DNA of 64,000 nt from assembly GCA_002269645.1 (NCBI GenBank), contig NIVC01003837.1, positions 10,493 through 74,492 of the forward strand, read 5' to 3'. A program made the translations under genes and the position numbers. The notes under the pieces were generated by a model, which saw nothing but the letters and a program-made list of their open reading frames with translations, did not search any database and was not told the origin of the DNA. This document shows, in pieces, positions 1 to 18,553 of this stretch (position 1 is its first letter; each line of letters starts with the position of its first letter). This stretch comes from Macrostomum lignano (lineage: Eukaryota).

Positions 1-573
1 TGTCTAACATGGCTTAGGCACCTGTCTAACATGGCTTAGCCACCTGTCTAACATGGCTATTAGCCACCTGTCTAACATGGCTATTAGGCACCTGTCTAAC
101 ATGGCTTAGGCACCTGTCTAACATGGCTTAGGCACCTGTCTAACATGGCTTAGGCACCTGTCTAACATGGCTTAGGCACCTGTCTAACATGGCTTAGGCA
201 CCTGTCTAACATGGCTTAGGCACCTGTCTAACATGGCTTAGGCACCTGTCTAACATGGCTTAGCCACCTGTCTAACATGGCTATTAGCCACCTGTCTAAC
301 ATGGCTATTAGGCACCTGTCTAACATGGCTTAGGCACCTGTCTAACATGGCTTAGGCACCTGTCTAACATGGCTTAGGCACCTGTCTAACATGGCTTAGG
401 CACCTGTCTAACATGGCTTAGGCACCTGTCTAACATGGCTTAGGCACCTGTCTAACATGACTATCAGGCACCTGTCTAACATGACTATCAGGAACCTGTC
501 TAACATGACTATCAGGCACCTGTCTAACATGACTATCAGGCACCTGTCTAACATGACTATCAGGCACCTGTCT
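1..573. repeat. 20-22 bp minisatellite (tgtctaacatggcttaggcacc)n
   Basis: Direct tandem units running off the window edge. Confidence 0.95.
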
Positions 574-1140
574 CACAGATAAAATAAACAAAATGAAAAG
601 AAAACCCCTCTCACCCTGCCAGCAGTAGTGCCTGTCGATTATCCACAAAAGTTTGGTCAGATACTAAAATTGGAAGGTAAAATGAATGCATGAATTAGTG
701 AGCATTGTTGGGGCGAGGGTGTTGCATGAAATTCCTATAGACCTTCACGGCAGCCTCCATCCATTCAACAGCCAATAAAATGCAGACAGCTCACAACTCA
801 CATGGCTCACATTTTTGTTAATGAATCTTGGTTAGGAAAATTAGCTCTAAAAGGATTTGTGGGCGGCAGTGACCCAGCACAGTAGCTTACCACCCAATTC
901 AACCAGAAAGAAATGTAATTCAGTTTCTGCTAATTTGAAGAGGAGAAACAGACATGGCAAAAATTGTTCTGTAGAGCACACACCGCATGAAGGCGGTGTA
1001 AACACGGGCTTTTGGACTGACTAAACATGTAGCCGTGACTCATGCCCGCTTGAGACCTAATTATCAGATATAAAGGAATGTCTGCGCCTAAATAGAGATG
1101 TTTTAATACTATAGTTACTAAATATGTAAATTACATGCTT

Positions 1141-1454
1141 AGAGCTACCTGGAATACCTGTTCCCTAATTATACAGCTACCTGGAATACCTGTTTCTTAA
1201 TTATTGAGCTACCTGGAATACATGTTCCTTAATTATTGAGCTACCCTGGAATACCTGTTCCCTAATTATTGAGCTACCTGGAATACCTGTTCCTTAATTA
1301 TTGAGCTACCTGGAATACCTGTTCCTTAATTATTGAGCTACCTGGAATACCTGTTCCCTAATTATTGAGCTACCTGGAATACCTGTTCCTTAATTATTGA
1401 GCTACCTGGAATATCTGTTCCGTAATTATTGAGCTACCTGGAATACCTGTTCCC
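1141..1454. repeat. 32-bp minisatellite (gagctacctggaatacctgttccttaattatt)n
   Basis: About 9-10 units. Confidence 0.95.
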
Positions 1455-2436
1455 CATGCTCTTCTTGTCCCAGTGACTCCCTGGCAACTCTACAGGACTG
1501 TAAAAAACAGCTTAGTCATCTGTTTCATTTTATACACAATCTATAAGATGCAGAACCCAGCAATGCACAGTGCTACCTAATCTAGCCTTAAATAAACTAT
1601 ACAGGTTACAGGCAAAGCACCGCGTCAATTTGCCTTCTCTGCTTTGCCCCTCTCATTTTGCAGAAACGCAAAAGCAGACTCTTGCAGAATAAAAATTACA
1701 ATAGTTAGCCAGTTTGATATATCACTGGCTCAGTAACTGCTATGCGGCATTTGCCATGTTATAATAATGAATGGAAGTGAGGTATACTCAGAGGGTACCC
1801 CTCGACGTCTATAGTTGTAGGTATGCGATATGCCAGCCGCTGCTGGCAACACATGAGACCCGCAGTGCGGGAAAAGAGCAAGAAGCACACAGAGAGGCAA
1901 TGCGATAGCCAGGGAGAGAGAGAGGGAGAGATTGAAAACTCACCGTGGCCCCTGAGTAGCTGTTAACATGTATGAGCTTAGGGCGTTTTTAAAATACGCG
2001 CATGACTCATCGTTTGCCTGGAGTTCAGTTAGGCCCGTAATTTTTTTGCTTTACAAATTTATAATTTTTTACCTTATAGTTAAGAAATTTCACAGAATTT
2101 TAATGTCAATACTTAAGTTGATCTTTGACTATGCTTGATAGCTCGTAATTAATCTGATGCAGAATCACAGTTTGCACACGGGGCAGGCGTGGAGCTGAGC
2201 GGCCGGACAGCTTGCAGTTCAAGCGCTAAGAAGGGAACGCCATGAAGTTCACCAATATGCTACAGAAAGCCTTAATGAACAAATTCTACAGAGTTGTAAA
2301 GACTTTCTCAGTAGCCCTGGCTGTTCTGAGACCCCTACAATAAAACAGTGGGGATTTATAGACCTGGCTCTATATAGCAAACCATCGTGTTTTGACGAAA
2401 TTACTGGTAGGTACAGTAAAATTTTCCATTCATTAT

Positions 2437-3178
2437 GACACAGCTGACATTCAATTCAGACACAGCTGACATTCAGTTCAGACACAGCTGACATTCAATT
2501 CAGACACAGCTGACATTCAATTCAGACACAGCTGACATTCAATTCAGACACAGCTGACATTCAGTTCAGACGCAGCTGACAATCAATTCAGACACAGCTG
2601 ACATTCAATTCAGACACAGCTGACATTCAGTTCAGACACAGCTGACATTCAATTCAGACACAGCTGACATTCAATTCAGACACAGCTGACATTCAATTCA
2701 GACACAGCTGACAATCAATTCAGACACAGCTGACATTCAATTCAGACACAGCTGACATTCAATTCAGACACAGCTGACATTCAATTCAGACACAGCTGAC
2801 ATTCAATTCAGACACAGCTGACATTCAATTCAGACACAGCTGACATTCAGTTCAGACGCAGCTGACAATCAATTCAGACACAGCTGACATTCAATTCAGA
2901 CACAGCTGACATTCATTTCAGACACAGCTGACATTCGGTTCAGACACAGCTGACATTCAATTCAGACACAGCTGACATTCAATTCAGACACAGCTGACAT
3001 TCAGTTCAGACACAGCTGACATTCAATTCAGACACAGCTGACATTCAATTCAGACACAGCTGACATTCAATTCAGACACAGCTGACATTCAATTCAGACA
3101 CAGCTGACATTCAGTTCAGACACAGCTGACATTCAATTCAGACACAGCTGACATTCAATTCAGACACAGCTGACATTC
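2437..3178. repeat. 22-bp minisatellite (gacacagctgacattcaattca)n
   Basis: About 33 units, directly downstream of the Shank donor at 3209. Confidence 0.95.
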
Positions 3179-3209
3179 TAAGTCAGATTTTGAAGTCAGC
3201 CCAGCTCAC

Positions 3210-8257
<5,048 letters not shown>

Positions 8258-8644
8258 CTGTTGAATTTGCATTTTGGTCGGGCTTTATGTAAATTAACCC
8301 CGAAAGCCGGAGCGAAGGCAGTTCGGTTGAGTCGACTTTATAATTAGTGCTCAGGTAGGTATATTTAAGGCGTGCCGCAATGACGCAGTGAAAAATTCCT
8401 TTGAGACCAGTTGCGATAAAAAGATAGAGAGATTCTAAGAAAGTCTCGTTTCAAACTGTGACCCTGCGAAGATACGCTGAACTTCTGCTTTGGAAGAAAG
8501 AAAATGTATTTATTTTCTTACCTGCGTTCAACAGAGATCGGAGCTATATAGAAAAATCAGAGACTGCTTAGGGAAACCGGATTGTTCTTTTCTCTCGTTT
8601 CAAACATGACCTTATTTGAGGCTAATACAGAGATTCGCCGCTTC

Positions 8645-8698
<54 letters not shown>

Positions 8699-9670
8699 TA
8701 AATGCACACAGTCTTGCTTTGGTGGGGACTCGAAGCTCTGTTGCTTGTACACGTGCGTACCTTCTCTCTTGAGAAAATAAAGAATTCAACGCACAAAACA
8801 AATTGCGCAGTATGGCAAAAATGACGAATAGAAAGCCCCCCCCCGACTGGTGGTCGAATAGTCAGAGAAAATAGGAATTAAAATGAGCTGCAGGTGGCTG
8901 TGTTGCTGTGCCCCACTGCCCCACTCCTGTGCCTTGGCCGACTATGGCTGGCACCGAGTATGCATGCCCCCCCCCCCAGGTTGCCTTACCTGTTTGAAAC
9001 GAGTGGCATCATTATTAGCGAACTCTACCTCTCTGACCCACCTCTCACTGTCCCTGTCTATCCTCTGCGTTATTCCTATTTGGCATTTCTTCTGCTTGAC
9101 AGCTCATTTCTGACCTTCCTGTTCTCTTGGACACATAGCTTCTGTTCTGCTCTGTATAAACAGTATGCCGAGTACGTGCACGGGGTTCTGGGGTGTATAA
9201 ATTGGATGGAGAGTTACCTAATGCTGGAACTGCACATACAAAAATAAGGGCAAACACACGCAAAATGGCATACATTGATTAAATAAACAGTCTACTTATT
9301 AGCTTACCGAATTTCCTCCTTGATTTCCTCAATAGAAAAGCATTAAAGCAGACAACACGGGATGGAAGTCATCAGGACAAAAATCAGCAAAACAGTTATA
9401 GTTAAGATAAACAAAAAAACAAAAACAACAAGGAGTGACGACACAATTCATAGACATTAAAATTGTTTAAGGAAAAAGGTGGGCAAACAAAAATTTAATT
9501 GAATACCTGCAACTGCTGAGAATTCTAGCTATAATCCCACCACAAACTCAACCAAAACCAGCAAAACTGAAGCATACAGATGCCGAACAACATTTATTTG
9601 TTTAAATATCGGGTCTACTCAATATTGGGCAGAACCGCATTGAGGCGTCTCGCACTGCTCTCTGGCTTAC

Positions 9671-11200
9671 CTTCGCGTGATGTCGGAACGCCGTTGCTGC
9701 TTCCTCAGCTGCTTCATTGCTGGCTCCGAGGCCAACAGTGCTGAGCTCGTCATAGCTAAAATATCTGGTCATCTTTGCTTTCAGATTCTCTTCCTCAAAT
9801 GTGGGAATAGATGCCTCCTTCTTAGGCCTTGTGCTAACAGTAAGGTCTTCTGCGGCATCGAACGTGGCCAGGATGGTTGGATTCTCGTAGCTAAATATGA
9901 AATCGCTAGACTTATTCCTGGTCAGCTGCTGCTCCTTTGACTTGGGCTTCTTCAATATTGACTTCGGCTTCTTCATAGCAGCAACTTGGCTGGCGCTGGG
10001 GCTGGAACCCACTGGGTCCGAGTACAACGACGAGTTGAGGTCGGAGGCCCTGTCAATGTCGATTGACATGCCGTCGTCGGCGCTGGGATCGATGTACCTG
10101 CCCGACTCCGACTTTGAAACCGTTCGAATAGGAATTCTGCGACCGTAAATATCCTGCGAGGACAGCTGCTGCTGGGTGTCCGACATCGCCTGCTGACTGT
10201 GATAAGATCCATCGCTTGACTGTCTGGAGTGCTGGTGCTGATGACCGGACTTCTTCGGCAGAGTGGTGTAGTCGCCGGCTCCCCGCTGCGCCCTCTGCTG
10301 CTTCAGCTGCTCATCTGAGATGTACATGTAGTCCGAGCCTCTGCCGTGAGACTTCGGTGCTGCAGCTGCCAACTGTTCAGCCTTGCTCCTGCTTCTCTCC
10401 GGATCCTCTTTGGTCACCTCAACGAAGGTGCTGCCAAAGCTCGGCCGCTTTTGCACCCGAGGCCTTCGATGCAGTGAACTCGAAGAGCTGCTCTCGTTGC
10501 TGCTGGTTCGTCTCACGCTGCTGGATGACTCCTGAGTCGGCTTCCGGCTCGGCATTGGGGCCGTCTCCACGAATAGCTTGCCCTGCTTGATCTCGATAGC
10601 TTTCACGATCGGCTGATAGGTGTCCTCTTGTATCGCCTTCCTGTGCCGTGGAGCCTGCGGCTGCGCCACGTTGGCCGTAGATTTGGACAGGTGGCTGCCC
10701 AGACTCTGCTTTGACAATTGACCGTGCGCAGCGCTTGTGTCCAGCACGTAGTAGTGCTTCGCCGCCTCCTTCTTTGGCGACTCGTAGCTTCTTTGTTGCG
10801 TTCGAGAGCTGTGCTTTGAATTGTAGGCGTCAAGCGTGCTCGGGGGGTGCTGCATGCGCCTGCTGCTGCTGCTGCTGTTGCTTCCGATGCTACCGGAATC
10901 CATCAGTACCTGCGATGATGTACTCTTTTTCAGTATGGATTGAAGCGGCTTCTCCTGCTGATGATCTTTGGCGTGGAATGTCTTTTTTGACTTCATGACC
11001 CGGTTTGAAATCATGTGACCGCCGAAGCCCAGCTCCGAGCTGCACACATAGTCGCTCTCTTGCTGCTGCGGAGGCTTCAGTTGACTTTTTGGACGGTACT
11101 CTTTCGGCGTCTCTTGCGTACGGGCACTTGCTTCGCATGTTTGCTCTTGATCGCCAAAAGTAAGATCCGATAAAGAAGAGGATCTAGCAAACTTTATCAT
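9671..11200 (-). CDS. Large low-complexity exon (~510 aa, S/Q/K-rich), probable alternative first coding exon of the SHANK gene
   Basis: 532-aa ORF. Strong donor AAG|GTAAGC at 9671/9670 (phase 0), compatible with acceptor CAACAG|ACA at 8258/8257 (phase 0) of the Shank exon. No recognisable folded domain. Confidence 0.65.
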
Positions 11201-13034
11201 TCCAACAGCGACTAAGCTTATACGGCCACTCTATAAATCTCATAAACGATAATAGTTCTATTGCTACCATAAACACAAAAAATAAGCTCTACTAAGAAAA
11301 ATTAATAGCTTACTTTTGTCAAGTTATGCCTTGCTAGTTTATAGGACTAAATGTGAAAAAATTTATACAAAAGTGACATGCAAGCAAGGCGCGCAAAGTC
11401 TCTTTTATAGAAGCAAAAGCAATAATTGCGCGGTGAGGCAAGAAATACTCCTATCTGTGGGTGACTTACTCAATTATTTGAGCCAGCGCACGTCCGAACG
11501 ATGAGTCATCAGCTTCGCCATTTCTGATTGTTCCCTAAAGCAAAGCCTAAAATGTACATTGGCTGTGTAGAAAAAGTTCATACAATGGTATTAGGAAGTT
11601 TATTATACAGAAGACGGATCAGTTAGAATATTTATTTTCATTGTTAAAAGGTTCAAATTTACAGCAACTATTTAACTGTGTAATTTCTTTGATAAATATT
11701 AGTTATACATATGGAAAAAATCAAAAAATCGAAATTCTTCGAAACCAACAAAAACTACACGTGCCTTTTGTTCAAGAACTTTCCGCTGTGTCATCTCTGA
11801 CTTTAAATTTGTAACTATAGTTGGTACATGTATAAGTCTGCAATAAATGCGTTGTAAGAGGCTTTTTAATTTGCTAAGCATGCATACAGAAGCATACATT
11901 TTTATTGTTAGCTATTAAGATATTAATAAAATAATAATAATAAAATAATAATAAAATACAGAGTAATAAAATACAGCAGAAATAATAAAATAAATAAAAC
12001 ATAATCTAAATAGATATTTGATTCAGTATGCTGTATACCCTATATTCTAAAGGCTAAACTAATAGTTAACAAGAATTCATTGTATTTTTACTTCTCATCC
12101 ATCAAAGTTCAAAGCAGAAAAGTTTTATACTTACTAAATATGAGAATTTAGCCTGCTAGATAATTAATCTTCAGTTATTTGTCACCTCGAATTTATTAGG
12201 GACCTACTATGGATGTCAATAATTCTAGTGCATCTGTATTTATTTTATATATTTTTTGCAGATAATTAAGCATATTTATGACAGATGCTCTCTAAAAGTC
12301 AATTTTTTATGTCTTGGTCAGATTATTTGAAGTAATAGTTTTCTAAATTGGATCAGACTTAAAAATTGCATTGTCTGTTTTTTAATTTTTCTGCAATAAA
12401 GCATGTAATAGCATGCAATAAAACATAAAGGATGTATGGGGGAATAATACAAGGGAATTTTTTTATTGATGCATTAGAGTTTATTCTTTTGCTATGCCTA
12501 TAGTAAGCTAACTAGTATATGAGGATACCAATAGTTATTAGGTGTTAAAAATGAAGGTTAATTTGGAATTTAAAATTCATTGCATAGAAATTATCATTTA
12601 GTTTTTGAATTAGTTTCGACGACGCAGTTTAAGCACCTGAGATGTACAGCGCAGTCTCTAAATAGAGACAAGCAGCCACTGGGTAGAGAGGACTAAAAGA
12701 GAGCCATAGCCTGCCTGTGCTCTTAAGTTGAAGTAATTTCAGTGTTTGCAACAATAACGCTTGCTTATATTGTGTGCATCTTTTCGAGTTGCCACTCAAC
12801 TGTAAATAGTTTTTTATGCAAAAACTGTTCTCATTTGATGAATAAGAAGTACAGTTCGCTTGAGCCCTAACAAATTCACTGCGGTTTTACAACTTTAAAA
12901 AAAGTTTTTTAGCAATATTTGCAAAGCTTACTTAGAGTAGCTAGAGTGCATATAACAAGTTTATTTTCGTCCTGATGAGTAAAACCTATTGTAAGGATTT
13001 TACTGAATTGCTGCTTTCAAACTTTGGCGCCGTA

Positions 13035-13293
13035 CAGGGGCGTCGCCACCGGGGGGGACAGGGGGCAATGCTTTGTCCCCCCACCCCATCTTTATTGACC
13101 TGCTATGCAAATCAATAATTTTGCTGCTTCAGGGCGACAAACATAGCGCATGCAGCGCTAAAATGAGTGCCTGCGGCGCTGACAACACCGATTCTCAGAA
13201 AAAATGTACATGTAGAAATTTATTCATGTACATGTACGTCGTAAAATTCATTGCTTTGTGTCCCCCCAACAAAAAACCATGGCGACACCCCCT
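13035..13293. mobile_element. hAT-type MITE
   Basis: TIRs caggggcgtcgcca / tggcgacacccctg; degenerate 8-bp flanks gcgccgta/gcagcata. The internal gcgctaaaatgagtgcctgcggcgctgacaacac motif recurs at 31055-31135. Confidence 0.65.
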
Positions 13294-15234
13294 GGCAGCA
13301 TATAATATTGACTATCTTTCTATACAAAGGCAAAGGTGCCAAGTCAAGTGTATTCAGTGAGCAAAGCTGCAAAATTTGGACCAGCTTTTAGGCTTAAAAT
13401 TTTTTATTCTCGTTGTATGTTTCTTTCAAACAGACTAACCCAGCCCACGAAATGTTTCTAAGAATTAAAGACAGTTCTCAGGTATGCCGTCTCAGTCTCA
13501 GATACACTTTCCGGCCAGCCTCACTCGATTTTCTAGCGATGCAAACTGAGCGCCTCTTTCGCGTGGTTAGCAATGGCAGGGGTCTTTGAGCAGTAAAAAA
13601 AATTCGAGCACAGACCTTCCTACCCTCGAATTGTACATTGAATTTGTTTTAATGCGTTGCTAAGTCGGTGAGGCTTGAGTTATTAGTAAGACGCGATGTC
13701 GCATTGAGTTTGGATGGTTAATGAGCCCTCGCTAGCTTGCTAGTTGCTTGCGATACTCGCTTGCGATACTTATTCCATTAAATTTTTCACCTCTTTTTAC
13801 GAAGAAAAAAATGTACGTTTTAGGGGCTTCCAGTTGCACCCAGTTGACAATAGCAGTCTAATTTCCTGCTTTGTTAGAAAGAAAATAGTGGAAAGACTTT
13901 TCAGTCCGATAAGTAGCGGTTACAAGCGTGTATGCAGAAACTATACTTAAAGCATGATGAAATACAACTTTTCCATCTCTCAACCCCAAGCTAGAAGTAA
14001 CCTATAAGCGTTCGTATCTTTGAGTAGACTCTTCAAAAAAAGAGAAAAAGCATACAGTTTTTTGTTAGCAACAGTTCGCTTCCAGGGAATAAGTGTTTCA
14101 ATTTTAGGCCTAAAATCTGACTGTCGAATTTTGTTATTTCCACTCTTATCATAGAATTTGTTTACTCCTGATTCACACTCAGTTTAATCAATGGGAGCTT
14201 GTTTTTCGACGAAATCCGGGTATGAGGTACTGCAAGACGATGTACGTTTCCCAGCGAGTACCGTAGAGTATGATCAGTGGAATCGATATTTTTTATGCTT
14301 CTACACTGTATTTTTGGTCATTTGCTTTTGATTTTCCTGAGATGTCAAGTCTTGGGGGGTTTCTGAGATGTGAGGCGGCGGCTTGGTCAGGCGAGAAGTC
14401 TGCGTTTCGTCGACCTGCTTTTAAGAGACGCTGAAATCTGCGACCCCCGCGGACTCGATTGCCCAGGATTGCTGTAGTTTGTTGTTGTTGTTGTTGCTGA
14501 GATGTCAAGTCTTGGGGGATTCCCGATATGTCAAGGCTTAAGAGGGAATTGCTGAGTTGTCAAGGGGAGATCATATTTTATTGAGGGATTTGCATGAACT
14601 GTCGAGGCGACTACATGATTTATTGAGACGATAGCAGGAATTATCTAGCAGGTAGGACGATTTTAAAGAGAGTAGCATGACATATTGAGGGAACAACATG
14701 GTGTGTTGTAGATTTACAGGTAAAGCATGAAACTTCGAGGGGATTTCTCGGTAAAAAGTTCCTGATAAAGCGTTTCCAGGGAATAGTTTGAAATTTCCAG
14801 GTATAGCGTGAGAGCAGGAGAGCAGGGGATATCAATGAAAAATTGCAAGAGATATAGCTAAGAGATATCGATGGGATGGCTAGAGATGCCAATTGTTAGC
14901 AGGGGATATCAAGAGATCCAGAGAGCTAGAGATACGAGCTATCAAGAGATAGCTAGAGATATCAAGGGGATAGCAAGAGTTATTTAGCGCATAGTATAGG
15001 GAATAATTTAGGGGATATCTAGGTGAGAACATAGCGTGATTCAGTTTAATAGTTTTTTATTTCCTAGGATATTAAAAGCGTGTTTTTCTTTCCCCAGAGG
15101 GGGATTTGGTATGCTAGTTCCCTTTATTGCTTTGAGTCGCACTAGGCAGCTGCAACTGATGTACTCGTACGTATTTACCTTTTTTGAAGATAAGCTTTAA
15201 CTTAGCTAATTGGATCGCCTTTAACTTTTTGCAG

Positions 15235-17715
15235 ATTCCATTCAATCGAATCTACCAGCCAGGAAGAAGAAACGAGGCAGAAGCCCCAATTCCTCGGAGG
15301 ACGAAGAACGAAACGAGCAAAAAGTCCTAATTCTGGAGGAAGGCACCCCCATTGCCTGCACTAGCCGATGGAATACTGATTACGCAATAGTTGCCAAAGA
15401 TCTTCACAATTCCAAACTAATCAAACCTAATGAAAACCGCCGCGCCTGCCACAAAATCGAAGTCATAACTTATAGATCCGATACGGTAGCGATTCGACAG
15501 TTGTGCGACTTTTAACATCTTTGTCTGGCTATTAAAGCTTTTGCTGACAATCTTCGGCTGTCAGTCAAAAGTTGTCGCACGGAAGACACTCTGGTTGGAC
15601 ACCATGCGACAGCGTTTGTACAAGCTGGAATACAAATGCAGTAATGGAGTCAAAGTGAAACCAGAGCAGGTTTTGCAACGTGCGATCTCTCGAATTGGCG
15701 AACGCAAGTACGATTCCAAATGGAACAATGACCAGGACTTCGTTCGCTGGTGCTGCACCAAGCACTGCGACAACCAGAAGTATTTTGAAATTCCAGTCAA
15801 GTCAATTGATCAACTGAAAAGCGTTTTTGACGCAAACGGAAGGAAAAAATATGCACTTATTGATGCAAACGGAAGGAAAAGATATGCACTTATTGATGCA
15901 AACGGAAAGAATAGATATGCACTTATTGATGCAAACGGAAAAAATAGATATGCACTTATTGATGCAAACGGAAAGAATAGATATGCACTTTTTGATGCAA
16001 ACAGAAGGAAAATATATGCGCTTATTGATTCAAAACTGTTAACTTTATTGTCCAATTTCACTGAGCTCAGACACCAGGATAAATCACATATGGTACTTAC
16101 ATGTACTGTAGACAATTTGTGTAAAGACACTTCATGCTGCAGTGGAAACAGTTCGTGTTGCAGTGAAGGCACTTCATCTTGTTGTAGAAACACTTTGTGT
16201 TGCAGAGAAGACACTTCGTGCTGCAGAGAAGACACTTCGTGCTGCAGAGAAGACACTTCGTGCTGCAGAGAAGACACTTCGTGCTGCAGAGAAGACACTT
16301 CGTGCTGCAGAGAAGACACTTCGTGCTGCAGAGAAGACACTTCGTGCTGCAGAGAAGACACTTCGTGTTGCTGTGAAAACACTCCGTTTTGTTGCAAACG
16401 TTATAAGTACTTCTTTACGGTTCAGAAAGTCGAAGTAAAGTCAAGAACAAGAAATAAAGAAATAAAGAGCTTCGGGCTTTCAGCTGTTTCTTAAGAGACT
16501 GCAGAGACTGCAGAGGCTGCAAAAGAGTTCTTTGAAAAAAAGACAAAAAAATTGATCGGCAAGTCAATCTGGTTGAACCGTCGTGGCACAGTTCAGACTA
16601 AAATCGATAGCGAGACCTTCTGCAACTGGCTACAAAAGTCAACAACTCCCACGCTAGATGACATTGAGCTGCTGCCATGGGCTGGCGACTGTTGCTGCAG
16701 TTGCTGCAGTTCTCGTCTTTGCTGTGACTCTAAATGCGGTCAACAACCGACATTCAACAGTCATGAATTTGGTGAACACGTTGTCGGTGAACACGTCGAA
16801 GTAAGCCCGAAGCAGGGTACTCCGTACCATATGCTTATCACGGAGATCGTTAATCCAAAAACCAATGATTGCGTTTACAAAGGCATAACCTCCCGATATA
16901 AACAAGGTATTCAACATGAGCAATTTAAGAAACTCAAAGCAATCGTAACCTTCGACCAGGTTGAGTTGCTTGCGTTTAACGACGAACCCAAAGATTTCAC
17001 TCTCGCTAATAGAGAGGCTTCGGGCACAATATCTGATTGCTGGAATTTCTTCTGGATCACATTTCTTGTGCTGTCGTTTATCGTGACGCATTTCCGGTTA
17101 TTAAAAATTCTTGCTGTGGCGGCGCCGCTATTTAAAAATGATAATTGCACAACTCAGCACCTTTTGAAGCCTCCGCTGTGTTTTGACGTTCTTGATGAAG
17201 ACTGCAACTGTCCATGGGAGCAGATCATCATAATCGTTTATGCCAGCATTGCTGGGGTTTGCTTACTCATCTTGATCGGACTGCACTTGTTCGAAGTCCC
17301 GTGCTCGAGAGGCTGTGTCAACGGGTGCCGTCACAGACCGCTTAAGACTACTCGCAAACGGATGAGCTGGAGTTTGATTGAAAGCTCAATTAACTTTGTG
17401 ATTGTTTTTGGTTTGATTTATTTTCAACTTTGGCTCAGGCAAAAATTGAGTAGTGAGTCGAGATTAGGCAACACATATTCATTTCTCATCACGTCTGCTG
17501 TCTCCATCTGCTTGTTTCTCATCAGAGCGCTGCTGCCAAGATGGATCCGCTGCTGCTGCCCGAGCAAGGATGCGGCTTACTGCTCACACTGCTGCCTCTG
17601 CTGCTGGTGCTCTGGCAGCACCGAATGTTGCGGGGTGGCTGATCACGAAGCCATCATTACCAAAGAAGAGGTCCATTTCAACAGGCAAAATGAACTAGCA
17701 GCAGCAAATGCATAG
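15235..17715 (+). pseudogene. Copy 1 of LRAT-like/4TM/Cys-rich gene, disrupted
   Basis: Colinear with the intact 25066-27918 ORF, but lacks its ATG. Frame change near 15300-15330, an extra T at ~15510 (gacttttaac vs gactttaac), and in-frame TAA at 16492 where copy 2 has CAA. Splits into ORFs 15541-16494 and 16552-17715. Acceptor tttgcag| at 15234. Confidence 0.7.
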
Positions 17716-18553
17716 ATGAGTGAACTGCAGTTTTCTGGGTTTTGAAAATAGAAATAGTTCAGTACCGCCTTTGCATGGTGTGTTACAGAATTTACTTAAC
17801 CTAGGAAATGATACGCTCGTATTAATTTTTCAGAGGTGTACTATGACCCGACTTTTTTAACGCTATTCTGTCCCATAGTTCCATAGGTTTACGTGTTGCT
17901 TGTGTGTTTTTCTAAAAATTTTATGTATTTTAAACGTGTTGACTATAAATTTTAACTTTTACATTAAACAATATTTTCATATTTTTGATTGGTACATTAT
18001 TCACATACGAGCTGTCATTGATTTAGAAATGATAAATTCACTAGTTACATGCTAGCTGTTAGATCTTATAGTTTTAGTTACAGTTATCTGTGTTGCTTCA
18101 AAAAATTCTCGTTAGTAGCTATTTTTTACTCTAATACATTGCCAATGTGTTAATCCCATTTCTTTTCATTAAAATTGACGTATTCGCGCGAACTTCTCTT
18201 ATAGCTACATATTAGGTACAGTAGCACATTTTATGCGCTTCCATGAGAAGCGAAGTATAAATTGGAATACAAGAAAAGCTGATTAATTTTAATGCACTCA
18301 GTAACATGAGAGCTCACTCTAAAATATGAGCTGCTGTATTTAAAGTATCGAGTTAGGGAGATCACGAGATGTAAAAAACAATCGCATGAAACCAAGACGA
18401 CATATACTGATAAAGTCATTGGCTAAAAGCATTTTTTAGAACTGCTATTGGACGGAGCTGCATCTGTAGCTGTTTATAAAGTCTCAATCATACTCAAACC
18501 TGCCTGTAGAAATTTTCCCATTAAGAAATCCCAGCTGTCTTTGAAAAAGAAGG

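Noticed and set aside
1-3178. Regular short repeats that could be taken for CRISPR arrays (also 19608-19965, 60228-60745, 61395-61727)
   Set aside because: Units are head-to-tail with no unique spacers, there are no cas genes, and the context is eukaryotic introns.
12962-13015. tttcgtc-CTGATGA-stem-loop resembling a hammerhead ribozyme core
   Set aside because: No stem I between GTC and CUGAUGA, and the GAAA after stem II is not canonical (ctgaat). The similar minus-strand case at ~32700-32730 also fails.
16492-16494. Stop-codon readthrough or variant genetic code at the in-frame TAA of copy 1
   Set aside because: Copy 2 has CAA here, copy 1 has other lesions, and TAA/TAG/TGA act as normal stops in the other genes.
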